A stretch of DNA of 64,000 nucleotides from positions 284,209 through 348,208 of the forward strand of contig NIVC01001310.1 of the NCBI GenBank assembly GCA_002269645.1, written 5' to 3'. How positions within the stretch are numbered: position 1 is the stretch's first letter; the number at the start of each line of letters is the position of its first letter. Under the pieces are notes generated by a model. It was not told the origin of the DNA. It was given only the letters and a program-made list of their open reading frames with translations, and did no database searches. This document shows positions 49,141 to 62,523 of this stretch, one piece after another. The DNA is from Macrostomum lignano (lineage: Eukaryota). Made by a program: the position numbers and the translations under genes.

Positions 49141-51121
49141 AGGACAAGCCAGTGTTTGCAGACAGACGGACGGAAAAGTCTCATTTGATTACTTTCAATA
49201 GTAAAATAGGAAAGCTAGAGAATTTTGTGATGAATTTAACAAGAATGAAACAAACATTCGAAACTTTCTATACACTTTTTTATTATGATTTTCAGATTCG
49301 TACGTACATAAAATCCTCAATAGCTTTCCTTTCAATCGTATGGGGGCAAATAGGTTCGAAAAAAAGTACGAAATCATGGGCTTCTGAGTTATTGAGACAG
49401 ATGTCACTCAATGTACCGTGATTTCCTTGATCGGAGGTCAAGCCAGGGGCCCAGAGTTTGTGTTTCATTCTGATTTTTTGGCACAGAATACCAGATAACG
49501 ATAATGGTCGAACATTTTCCGTAAATTTAATAAATGCAAACTACCTTTTTTGTTAAGAGCTTTCAGAAGTGCAACGATCGAAAAGCATTGGCGGTGCTGC
49601 TAGCAGCCATTGTCAAGCCCGCCTGTTTTGACAGTCGTTCGGACGCGGCTATTCGTCTCCGGAGTGTTCAAGGCGGATCCCAGGGGTGCTGAACAGACTG
49701 GGCAACGGTCTGGTGACCTATCGAGGGTCTCGGCTGAAATGGGCGCAAAGCTCACACGTGCCCCTAGCCCGTCTTTTCCTAGGAGTCTACAGGAAGTCAA
49801 GTCAGGATGGCCACCTCGGCTGCTGAGGCTTTTGAAGCAACGGCGCAACATGTGGCCGACGCCAAAGTTTCTTCACGTGGCAACATTTGCGTCAATTACA
49901 TCCTGGGACTGACTATAAAAAGGCCAAGATCCAGCTGCAAAAGTGTGGGGCGCGATTGACTCCATCTGGACTGACTGTTTTGTGGGAGAGTGTACTCGTA
50001 TCTACATCAGCAATGAGTCCTGCAGTTTCTCCAGCAGTTTCAGACGATTAGTGTTCCTTTTCTGAGCCGCCCGTACTGCTCTTATTTTTCATTGATTTAT
50101 TAGCTTGTGCTTGAAGAGGCCGCAGACTGAAAAGATCATAAGACTGAGCAGGTAAAAACTCAAAACGAATTAGTCTAACCTACGCTCTGCTACGAGTACA
50201 ATCTCACCGAAATGGATGTGAGCGAATAATTGGGTTCGGAAAAAAGGTTTCTGCACACGCCAAACCAGTTTTTCTGAGTCTAAAATACAAGCTAAAAATG
50301 CAGTTGTGTTTTCTATGGACTTGGCAAAAATTTGCATTTTTGCACAGCGCAAAATGGCATTACGCAGTAGACAATCTTTTAATTCTTTAGAAAATGTTCT
50401 TAAAATTTTGTGTTTAGTTTTGCAACACTGTTTCCGTTTGCAACCACAAAACCATCCCGAATTCTTGGAATTGAAGTCACTACTTGCGATTGCTAAAATA
50501 TTGAAAACTTCTTATCGCGTTTATGCAGTTTTCTTTTGGCCAATGACCCAAATATCTTTTTTTGATATCTACCCTCGTATAATTAGCTCGCAAGTCGCAA
50601 AGTAGTGAGTTAGATGAAATTTCAAGGTAAACAATTTGCTGCTTGCGTTGCGATGTGGCAATAAAATGTTACCGTGTCTAAAAGAAGAAAAGGGCAGAAT
50701 AATGCAAACATAAATGGCTCGAGTTTATACTGTTTTTTCATTGAAGTTAAGAATAGTAGTACCGTATGACTAATTTAGCAAAGTGCTAGAGTTATTGCTG
50801 CCGCCCCATTTTTCAGTTTATAGTGTATAGTTATCGATCCATACTTGGCTCTGGACAGTCTTGGCCGGAGCTATGTACACTCAATTTAGTGAACAGGGTG
50901 GGTATGTGCGCCTTACCCAGCACTCCAGGACCAGGAAAGTACTTATCAAGCAGCGAGGAGAGGAGAGAGAGAGAGCGAAATCTCTCACCCTCAACCACCC
51001 CTCCAACCTCATCCAAGGCCAGACTATCTCTCCACAAAACCCCGTGACTGTGGTACTGTAAACAGGGCAGTTGAAACCGAAAGAAACGCTTTCTCCAACT
51101 CTGTCAAAGCAAGCAGAAGAC

Positions 51122-54100
51122 ATGTCTGACATGGACAGTGTCGAATTCATGGAAGTTGACGGTCAGGAGTAAGTAAAAAGCTTTTAAATTCTTATTTAAT
51201 TTTTTACAGTACTCTTTCACTGACTTTTATTCTACCGATATGATCTAATACTTTTGTCTTTATTCGATTTATTCAATGATTTAAAGCAAATTTGAAGTCT
51301 CATTAGTTTACTTTACTTAGTTTACTTAGTTTACTTTGCCATATAAGATGCTGGTTTTGATTTAAATATTGCTTACAGAGTATGTTAAACTTCGTTCTTA
51401 TTCAATCAATACACCCACAATTTAAAAACCATCTTTCAGCCTTCAGGAGCAAGGTCTGTCCTTGCCAGATTTGGACATATTGAAGCCATCTGAAGATGTT
51501 CGTGGCCGACTTCCAGGCTGGAATATCCCAGCTACTACGACGTTTTCAGCGTCGCCAGGGAAAATATCGCTTTTTCCTCAAAAGCAGGCCGTTGTCGAGG
51601 AGTGTGAGAAGATCCTGCTACCGCCAGGCCCTAGTGAATCGCGGAGGCAGCAGACGAACGAGCCAGTCTGCCCGCAGGAGTTCTGTCCTGAGGAGCTTGA
51701 TGACCTGGCTATGGGTGCTGACAGCGCCGCCCCAGGCCTGGAAGGATTTGACTATCTTCTGGACGAAGAAGACGTGAACGTCTTGCCAGTCCTATCGGCG
51801 GCTGACGTCGAAGCAGCATTACCAGGCGCTATTCTGGGCGATGCAGAGTCAGAGGATGTGTTCGCCCCTAGCGTGCCGTCCCTACAGCCTGCAGGTACAG
51901 AAATATATCTGTCACCTCTGAATCGGCGCGAGCGTCGACCGACTATCACTCTGATGCTCACAGCGAAAGAGGAGTCGCTCGGCTGCCCCTCAACTGGGGA
52001 AATTGAGCAGGACATTTATCATGAGTTGATGGATGACAGCTGCGGGATTTCCAGTGATGTGGCTTGTGAGCACAGCTTCTCACCTGCTCCGTAAGTGGAA
52101 TTTTGAGTGCTAAGTTTATACTTTTAAAAACTTGGAATGAGCCAAGAAAGTCAATTTTAGATTAACAATACAAGTTTGAAGAAAAGGTTGAGCCGTTTTT
52201 TCTGAAATCTATCTCACACATACATACAGACAACTCATTTTTAGTATATAGGAAATTGTCCATAAAACTGACAGGTCACCATCGATTGGAGAAAGCCAAG
52301 CGTATTGTGACACGGCCAAATATATTCTCGATCTGCATCGGGAGCTCTCCCGGGGTGAGAAGACTATCTCTTCGTTTTCGTTCTGATGACTATAAACCAT
52401 AAATAGCTTAACAATGATGCTATATCTGACTTTTTCGACCCGCACTCTAAACAGACGTGCCGCTGTCGAAGAAGAAGCCGATGCTTCACGAATTCCTCGG
52501 CTACATTCTACACAGGGGAGCCGAGGACTCGAAGCTATCCACGTTAAGAACTGCCATTTTCTTCTGCGAAGAAGATGGCAAGCGCGCAGACCCGGGGCAA
52601 CCGCGGCAGTATTTTCGCGTCGCAGACTTTTCGGCCGTCTCTGAGGTCTGGAAGAGAATAAAGTGCAATTCTTCCAGCGACTGCACAAAGAATATGAAAA
52701 GAGCGATGCGGTGAGTTTCAAAAGCTTGGAGGCCGAATAATGGGGGTGGGGTACAAATGTGCTGGCTGCAGTTTGTCATTGTCTCTCAAGTCCTAACCCA
52801 CTGTCACCATCACGGTCCACTAACTAGAGAGCATCTACCGACTAAAGTAGGTAAAAATATAAAGAATAAGACCTCAAATAGGTCTTGTAAAGAAACCCGC
52901 CATCTTTAAAAAGATGCAGACTCTCTATTGTAAACATTTTTGGGCAAGATTTGAATGCAGTGTGCTTCACTGGCGAAAAACGAAATAAAAAAACGGCATT
53001 TAGTCTTGGCAACGCGCACTGAGAAAAAGAGAGGGTAGGGGGGTGAGACAGAAAGAGATAGCACTGTACGTACTGGAGTCGCTTCAAGGGTTGAGGTGGT
53101 CGTCGTTTCCCGCGGGACGGCCAGTGGAGGGGGTTGTCGTATTTCCAAGAAATTTTCTGCCACTGCACTTTTATCGCGACTGTCATGCCAGCGAGTGTGT
53201 TTACGCTTTTTGATTTCATTGCAATGGCAAAGCTGCTAGCAAAATGCAGAGGGGTTTGGCCAACGGAAAGAGCCTAGCTGCCTTACTATAAACCATGAGC
53301 TATTTCATTGCATTTGCATTCGCTTTGCGACTCATGCCCAATAGTCGCTGACAATACAAGGCAGGTTTATTTGACTAGTGTTCTGCTTGTGCTAACGATA
53401 AAAAATATTGTATATGCTTATCGATTGCTCTTGCTATTTACCAAGTACAGCTTTAGGTAGAAAAACGGGAAACTTTGTTTCTTAGAAAGCTTTGTAAACT
53501 CCATGGATGACTTGGCTTTACGTGAAAATTAAAACTGCCAAGATAGGACGATAGCTTATTTTGGTATCGCTATTGACGATCTAAATAGGAATTCGGACAA
53601 TCGGAACGGGACTCCATAGAGATTTAAGCCATGGCCACAGGTCACACCCTAGTCATGGACTTAGCAGTTTAGCAAAGTCTACTTAGGGAGGCTTGGCCAT
53701 AGACTATAACTTTAGACATTCAAAATATGAGAAAAGCCATTCATACAAGGGTTGTGTATCCCAAGCAGCCCGAGTCTGTGGCCTGGCTTGAATGTCTATG
53801 GCGTCCCGTTTTGATTGTCCGAATTCCCATTTAGATCGTCAAAAAACGATAGCAGATAGCGCAGTTATTTTTGCGCTTAAAAATGAAGTATTCGTCTCTG
53901 GGTTGTGTATTTCTTGCTCAAAGTCTCGTCTTCTCTTCAAAGACTTTTTAAGTTTCCGACTCAACTCATTCATGGATGTAAATGTGATTCACTTTCGTAA
54001 CACGATGCATTTTCAAATGAATTTATTTTGCAGAATGTCGACGACCAACGATCGGCATTACTTTATTAATCTGTCTCAGAAATTGCACCGAATGCAGGTG

Positions 54101-54163
54101 TTCCGCTTCGGCGAACGAAGCCTGGAACACTTCAAGAAGGTGTTCCCAACCGCCTACCAGTGA
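51122..54163 (+). CDS. Divergent ETS-domain transcription factor D (387 aa); exons 51122-51168, 51440-52090, 52275-52354, 52455-52710, 54034-54163
   Basis: An acidic N-terminus (EFMEVD, as in C) precedes MLHEFLGYILH...FFCEEDG...SEVWKRIKCNSSSDCTKNMKRAMR|MSTTNDRHYFINLSQKLHRMQVFRFGERS. All five exons join in phase (1164 nt). It is head-to-head with C. Confidence 0.75.
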
Positions 54164-57100
54164 TTCCGGCGAGTGATATTTTTGGATTTTCAGTTAACAC
54201 GAACTGTGCCCTAGTTCGTGTGTTTGTTTATCTATAAATGTATACCTGCACTATGTAATTAAATCTTACTCGCTAATCTATTTATTTGGACTTTAGCCAT
54301 GTTAAAAGTGTCAATACACATGTTTATATACATGCTTCATGTACTGTATAATTTTCATAACCCCCTATGAGATTCAGCCTCTGATTAGTAAGTGTTTAAA
54401 CCGAGTGACGTATCTAGTTTTTGTTATACTAGTTGTATTGCAGGTTTAAAAGTTTTATTATTATACTTAGCAGGCTTATTGTTAGCAAAAAATAGGGTCA
54501 CGTCTCGTAGTACACTCGAAGTAGGTACATTGTATATAGTTGGTAAAGCGTAATTTTTGAAAAATTTAACTCCTACGTTTTAGCAAGATTGCAATCGTTT
54601 TTGTTTGTGATTTTGTGAATTTAAGGTAATTTTACAAGTCATTTTTGCGTCAATTAGTGTTCGAATATTTCCTGTGCTGTATAAACTCTTAGTCTATGAA
54701 ACAATACAGGTTCAGAAGTCATTGCATTGTATTTAGCTTGATGATGATACTTTTCACTCATTTTTTATTTTCTATCGTACTTTATTATGCGACAATAAAG
54801 ACGAACAATGGATGCTACTAACTTGTTAGTAGTAGGTCAGATTCATGGGGTTCACTCATACATAGTATAAGCCATATATAGTTGTTTTTCCTTAAGTTAC
54901 TTCGTAAAATCGTAGATATGAATACATAAAAGAGAATTAAAAAATAGATCGGAGCTACTTTCACTTCAGACAATATAACATTATCTTGCAGCGAATTTAT
55001 CATGCTCGACACTTTTGTAATAGTAAGACGACCACAAAATTCAAACAAAAATTACTGTAGTTACAAACCTTTTTCAGGGCTTCTATGAGAGATTGAAGAT
55101 CAGCAATAACTATATATTTGATCACATGACTGTTTATAAGCTGCTGAAACTATGAAACGACGCGGCGCATGAAGTATATCTTAACTTTTTCATCGCAACT
55201 TTTGTTCTGCTTTAATTTAACAGCGAATATTAATAAGCAGCTTCACATAAAAATTATGCACTACATGTAGTCTTATTACTTGGTCCGGAAGTTGTAGGAT
55301 GATTTGTTGTAAAGATTAGCAAAATTGGTAGTCAGGCGACAGGCGCGTGCACAGCTACAACAATTTAATGTACATGTATTAATTGTCAAACTCTGCTCGA
55401 ATTGGCTCGAACAGCTTGAGGTTGACGGCATCTCGATCGCGCCGACATCCTGCAGCTCCACTTAGGTGACGGTTTACGAACAGCATATAATGTCACACCA
55501 ATCTAATATCAGCTTGAAAAAACATTTTATGTGTCTGCTTGCGTAAGTATAATTGTTCATATTTTAACCGTTTCGGTAGCTACAGGTTTACTGCCTGTGC
55601 AGTACTATAGCTACTAACAGTAGTAAGCTGGATTTTCGAAAAGTGCGTTTGCCAAATTATATAAAAACTTTGAGTTTTGAAGCTTGGTGAAACATATAAA
55701 ACCTTTTTCTTTGCTTTTAGTCTGTATCCCTTTGTGTAATTTGGTTAAATAATTGATAGCGCATTTTATGTACCCCCAAGCTTAATGTACTGAACTCTTG
55801 TGTCTTCTACAGTGCAGTACTACATGTAACGAGACTTCTTTACTTTTTTAACTCTGATGATAATATTTCTGGGCATCGCCAATGTATCGTAAAATTGCTA
55901 TGTGAACTTTTATCTGTTAATAAAGAATAGAATAAATATACTCGCTTTCATAAATTTGCTCTGACACCGAGTGAGTTTCTTTGCTGATTACTCAAAAATG
56001 AGGCAAATTCTACGTTGCAAACTATAGTAGGTTTAAATACATAAAACAAGCTTGAGTGCCTTTACTGTGCTCACTGCTGCTAGTAGTATGTACGAGCTCT
56101 CACAGAAAGGTTGCTAGAAAGGTTGTTTAATGGTGGGTTACTAACGTTGGCCTACAACGTTGAAAAAACCGTACAAAGCGGTTCAAAATTGATGTAATTT
56201 AAATTTTAAAGAAACACCAAATTTCAATGATTGGAAAAACGTTGCACCAACATAATAAGTGGCACGATCCGGGCTAGTCCATCGTCCTATGCAAGTGTCA
56301 ACCTGTTGTGTTGTCAGCGACTTTAGTTGGCTGAGGCCACGTCTGCCACGCTTAGTCGTTCATGTACTATATATACCCATAGCCGGTGCAGGAACTGCAG
56401 CCACTGATGTAGACGCTTTGAAAGGGCATATACATGCATGCAGTACATGCATACGGTGAATTAAATGTTTGTTGAAGGTTACGAATTCAAGCCTCACATT
56501 TTAATGCTCAAACATCTACCAAGCCATAGGAATACCAAGCCATTTTTCACCCGTCGAACTATATGTACATTGCACCAAAGAGGGAATTTGACCACCCCCC
56601 CCTGACATTTTTTGCTGCGCCGAAACAGAGCAAGGCATGGGCATACAAAACTCAGAACGGTTGGGCTAACTTTTTGTTGCGCACTTTCTCAAACAAGAAT
56701 CAAGTCGCCAGTCCTCTTTGGACCGTCGAGATATTCAACGATTCTACCAGGTCGGATTTTCCTATAAAGCCCTAGTGTATTTAGGTACACCCCTGTGCGC
56801 CAATATCAGCACCGCGCCTCAGTGCAGCCTTGCCAAGCCTCCAAACTTCATCAGCCCGTCGACCACATGTGTCTGCATCAGCTCTGACTTGGTTGGTCCT
56901 GGCTTTCTCCCAGGCGGAGCTTCTGGACCTTCAAGAGATGGCACCAGGAGACTGTAGACACGTTGTTGCGAATTTCTGGAGTGTCGCTCGACAGTGGGCA
57001 AATCACAACTGCCGGACATCCTCAGCTAGTCTCTCAAATACACCTACAAATACATCTAGTATAGCTTCTACTGCAGGGGCTTGAACCTCCCTGAGTCCCT

Positions 57101-57940
57101 AATTACCTTCTTTGAAAATCTCCATGTGAGCCGCTATAACGCCTTGATTATTCCATTTTCGTAGTGAGAATCAGTTACTCTCGTAAATTAAATTTCTTGT
57201 CCAGTCGTACAGTCGCCAATCAAATACATGTACTTTTAGGGGACACCAAATACATGTACTTTTGAAATCCGATAGGGGGCACCAATGCCGTACTTTTAGG
57301 AGCACCAAATGATGCACACCGCGGCGCCACCCATCGACATTTGCAGCTGCCATTAAAAACAGATTCAAAATGTAACTGCAAGTTAAAATGACGTCATTTA
57401 CGCTGCTATGAGTGTCCATGTACTCAACGACTACAAGTAGCTCAAAAATGCTGTAATTGGAATGAATATGAGCAATTTTCTTGTCACTTATTTGGGACTG
57501 ACGGATTGTAGCCCGAATTCTATGCTTAGACCACTGCAGTCGATTTACATAGACGCTCACCGATTCTCATGCAAGATAGAAATGATAAATATGCTCTATT
57601 GACGTCAGTTTTGCAAATGCAGCAACGCGTAGCCATAGCGCTATTCAGCTTATTAAGAAGATCGTGAGAACGCAGAAAGACTCGGTGAATTTGGAGCTGT
57701 TAGTAACTGTTTTGGTGCATGTGTAGAATATGCTCTTCAGTCAGCTTGATTGACAGCATATTTAACTGTTTTAATAAAGCACAGCACATAGCTGCATCCA
57801 AATGTATGTATATGCTTGAACACTGCAGCTGTACTGACTAGCTTTAGCCAGTCAAATCCAGCTTCTAACTTGAGTTAAAAGCTAGCCTGAGTAGATCTGT
57901 AGTGAGGGCAATTGCAGACCACTGTTACAGGTAAGACTCG

Positions 57941-60900
57941 ATGGCGACGGCCATCCACCATGACAGACGTGACGCCGGCTACGCCTGGGTCGTGCTGAGC
58001 GCCTCACTGCTAGTCCAGTTCCTGGTTATGGGCCTCACCCTCTCGATCGGAGTTCTGTACGTGGAGTGGCAGGATTACTTTAACAAGGACTCGCTCGTAT
58101 CCTGGATCGCTTCAATGAGCAACAGTTTGGTATTTATATTTGGTGAGTTTTTTAGCAAGCTTTTTACTTACCTTTTAATTGTCTGTTCAACTAATGATAG
58201 TAGCTTGGCGTATCATTTTAAAAATTGACTGCCACTTGTTGATGCTTCCGATTATACAATGCAGTACAATAAGTTCTTTCCTTGATAGTCGGTCGTTATC
58301 ATTTTTATTAGTAGCTTTTTTGGAGCGATCCGATTTTAGTCCTTGGAATCGGGGCCATGCGAGCTCGTATCTAATAAGTCCAGTGCTTCGATGATTTGGA
58401 GATTTTCTCTCCGAAGTTTTCAACGGGAAGTTTTTTCCCGTAGCAACGTTTCCCCACCAAGATTCTCCCGCCAGTTTCGGCGACCTTCTAGCGCTCCCCT
58501 GAATCCACGTTGCGCGAATCTCAGGCAAAAAAATTTGTGCGGAACAAAGTCTCATGCGACTGCTCAAACTGGATCAAATCGGATCATTCGACCAGGGGAT
58601 TCAGTCAGATGGCTCGATAACTTACTCGACCAGTTTAATGCAATCGTTACTCTCTGAGTAAGGGGTGTTAGACGCGCCGGAGGGTGCCGCTGTACATATC
58701 GCTGTACTTTGGCGGGGGTTGAGGTGTGGGGTGTTGGCCGCGCCGGCCAGCTTAAAGCCTCTGCACCCGGCCCGGCTTGGCTCCGCCGCCATTTCTCAAT
58801 TTTTTTATCTCTTTTTTACGAACCAATAAATATTAACTCGTTTAAACTAATAAATAAATGCCTCGCTTGATCCACTGGGATCTGTTTTCTCGGCCGCTGC
58901 CTGCTTTTCGCAACTGACTTTGTCTCGTTTGGCTCCTTCCGGCGTGTTTAATCAATACCTTGATCAGGCCACTCGATCAGTTTACCAAAACGTTGATCAG
59001 GTGACTCCATTAATCAATCAGATAAAGCGACAGAAAATTGTTTAAAATATATCACAATGCATTCATATCGAGTCAACAATCTTTTTATAGCATCAATTTC
59101 GATATAAATCCTTTCATAGCAGCTGAAATTTATTGTGACTAATATAGAAGAGCAGAAATAGCAATCTTAAGAAAAAATTTTCTCACGCCAATTCAGGGCC
59201 CCTGTCAACATTTTTGGCATCAATGTTTGGCTGCCGAGTTGTAATCTTTGCCGGAAGCCTAATCTCAACTACCGGAATGATTATTAGCTTTTTCTGCACG
59301 CAGACCTATCAGCTGATTCTGTCCTACGGAGTGCTTGTTGGTGAGCATAAGGGTGCTCGTGGGCACTATTTCCACTAGCCATTTCCTAAGTTAAATATCA
59401 GACCAAGACACATCCTTCTTTGCAGGTATTGGCAGCAGTCTAATGTACATCCCTGCCGTAACAGTGGTACCAGACTGGTTCTCCAAGTACAAGAATATGG
59501 CAGCCGGCATCTCAGTAATTGGGGCCAGCGTCGGCAGCATCTGCTACCCGCCACTGCTCACCGCAGTTATTGCTGAGTACACTTGGCGCGGTAGCATGCT
59601 CATCCTGGCTGGCATGCACCTACAAGTGGCTTTTCTGGCCATTCTGCTGAGAAGCGGCGACTTTGCAGACGACGACTACGACGACAGTGGCACAGCTGAC
59701 GACGAGGGCATCAATGGTAGCGTTGTTGAAGAACCGGCGATGGACAACTCAGCGGCCACGCTACGAACCATCTCGGCTACTAGTCTGGCGATGACTCCGG
59801 CGACTGTGGCGCCGAGACGTCGCAAGCGAAGCATCTGGGCTAAGCGCCGGCGCTCGATTCGCGGCATGACTCTCATTCAGTTCCAGTCGTCTGCGGTTGG
59901 CGCCAATCGTCGACGAGGAACGGCGTCCATCGGCCTGACGCCCAGCCAGATCGAACGATTGCGACGGATGATGCGCGAGAATGCCGGCTTTCAAGATGAT
60001 GAAGAGAACCAGATCGAGGAGGGAAGCGAGCAGGAGGCGGCTACGTCACCTCGGGCCGATTCGGCAATGAAGTATAAAAATTTGTGAGCCATTTTTGCAA
60101 TATAGTTTATTTTTTATTTAAGTATTACTGAGTACGCCCTGGAGAGGCAGCTGGATGCTGCGCATGCGGCCATGCTGCGTGCTGCTTCTGGAGCTCGCAG
60201 CGGCCCTGGCATCGAGACGAATGCCGCGCTCTACGAGAAGGCAAGCCTGACGCGGCCTTCTGACCTGCTGCGCGCGCGGTGACTCCAACTGGCTGGCCAC
60301 GTCATCTGGTCGAACGTCGCTGCCGCAAGCCGCTGCATGACGTTCTGTTGCGTCAGACCGCGTAGGCGATGCGGAAGGGCGAAATTTCTCATATTGTTGA
60401 AGACAATACAAGGTCTGCCAGCCAGACAAACAGAATCGATGCCACACGGCATAAGTCCTCGAATTTTCTTTGATAATTTCATTCGCGTGTAATTTCAGCG
60501 CAGACAATCGCGAATCGGTGCGAGAGCAACAACCGACAGAGAGGACAGACAGCAGGTCGCAGAATGATGTGGCGGCCTCTATCGCTGCAAGCGACGAGGA
60601 AGAAGATGAGAAATCGGCACCAAGCTGCCAGTGCGTCGGAGTCGAATTACTGAAGCATCCCAGCTTCTACGCCTTCCTATTGGCCGACATGCTTTGGAAC
60701 ATCGGCATGTTCATGATGTACAGCGTCGGACCAGACTTCGCCGTGTCTGTCGGCGTCAGTAAGACGAACGCAGCTTTACTAGTGACCATGGCGAGCGCCT
60801 GCGGTACAGCCGGTCAGCTGCTGATAGGCCCTATTGATGCCTGCTGGCACCCGAACACCCTGCTTCTGTTCGCCATCAGCATCTTTGGCACTGCGCCCTT

Positions 60901-61956
60901 CATACTACTGTTTGCCCGGGCTAGCAGTAGCTTCGCCCTGCTGAGTGTGTGGATGTCCATCTACGGCCTGTGGTCCGGCCTTCAAAACGGTGTGCTACCT
61001 GTGGTGCATAGCGATTACTACGAGAGCAGCGGGATTCAGGTGAAGCAGTGTAACTTTTTTACACTATTGTACCGGTAGTTATTATTTTTCATACTAGCTG
61101 ATGCCGGGAAATGATGTTGAAAGCAATGAAATTGTCTCATCTCCAAGCAATTAGACAATATCTTGGAGGCACACATTTAGGTTTAAAACAATTTTTAGTA
61201 TATGGATTGAATCGTATAATTATATTTTTGAACAACTAGAGTAGGACTTCTCCCTCTCAGTTGAAGGTATACTCCTATCTCCTTACTATACATTTTCTAA
61301 TCAAATATTGTATAAGACGATTTCTAACAAACGTAACGTAAATGTAAAGATACATTTATTCTCAATTAAGTGTTAAAAGACGGCGAACTTCATATCTCGA
61401 ATTACTATTTTACAGCGAATTGCATGATTCGCGAGTGTAGAGCCATTCTATTCAAGGTTTACATTGGTCAAACCTTTTCGGCATCATTCCACAGGGCTCA
61501 GCGTTCGGTTACGTGATGCTCTCGGACGGACTCGGCGGGCTGGTGGCGCCTCTGCTGGCATCCGGCATCTACACCGCCTCGGGCAGCTACAGTCCCGCAT
61601 TTTATATAGGCTCTACCACGTCATTCACCGCGGCGGCCATCTGCCTAGTTGTCTACCTACTCGATCGTCGACGCCGCGAAGGCAACTGCTGCTGCTGCAG
61701 CTGTTGCCGCAGGAGCGACCGAGTCGACATCATGATGATGAGTGAATCGGACGGCGTCGAAGATGGCGACGCGGACAGCGAAGTGATTTTGACGCGAGAT
61801 CGCTACGGCGACGTTGTGGTGTTCACCGCCGCCGTCAGCAACACAGTCGTCATGGTGAAGGATGGCATTGCGCAGACGGAGCTCAGCCAGGTGAACATGT
61901 CGCCTAAATTGAAGCTGGAGTTTAGCAAGCACCGGTGGAGGCGACGGAGACCATAG
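57941..61956 (+). CDS. Monocarboxylate transporter family (SLC16/MCT-like, MFS); exons 57941-58142, 59197-59340, 59426-~60071, possibly 60123-60278, 60499-61039, 61495-61956
   Basis: The N-terminal DAGYAWVV motif (MCT D-G-Y-G-W-V-V) is followed by GPLSTFLASMFGCRVV, YIPAVTVVPDWFSKYKNMAAGI and multiple TM segments. Exon boundaries in the central loop are uncertain. Confidence 0.85.
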
Positions 61957-62523
61957 GAAAGACCTAAAGGGCGATTGACGACGGAGAAAACTGACAAAGC
62001 TATAGGTTTAAAGTAGTTTTTCCTTAACGCTCTGAACGCAGTGGCTACAATTCTTGCTTAGAATTTTCGGGCAACACCAATTTGGCATTGAGAAAATTTA
62101 ATTAAAAGCTTACTTCTAAGCTTAACTTACAAACAAATGTTATTTGGCGTTAACTACATGTGTACGATGAGCGTAGAAGTATATGCAAACCAACACCTAC
62201 TTGCTGTAAAAAGCTTCCTAAATCGTTGATAAATAGCTCGTTTATTTTGAAATCTTTGAATCAATTGAAACCATAATTAACAAGAGTCAATGTTTTAATA
62301 CTGTCATTCGGGCTTGTTTCACGCTACTTTCAGTAACTTGGTTGCTACAGACTTCATCTAAATCTTTTTTTACATCGAGGATGAAAATATTTTGAGTTGA
62401 TTTTTTTGAAATGTTGAAAATAAGCCGCTTTTACGATTGACCCAAGATAGCGTCCAACAGTTCATTAGTAGCATGCCAGAATTGCTGAGGCTGCAAAGTT
62501 AAAGGGTGCTGCAACTACGATTT

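Noticed and set aside
55360-55470. Minus-strand peptide RRDRDAVNLKLFEPIRAEFDN with a faint caspase-like look
   Set aside because: There are no catalytic motifs or supporting exons, so chance similarity is likely.
56450-57350. GC-richer block with stop-interrupted frames, possibly a DNA-transposon remnant
   Set aside because: No TIR, TSD or transposase motif could be identified by eye.
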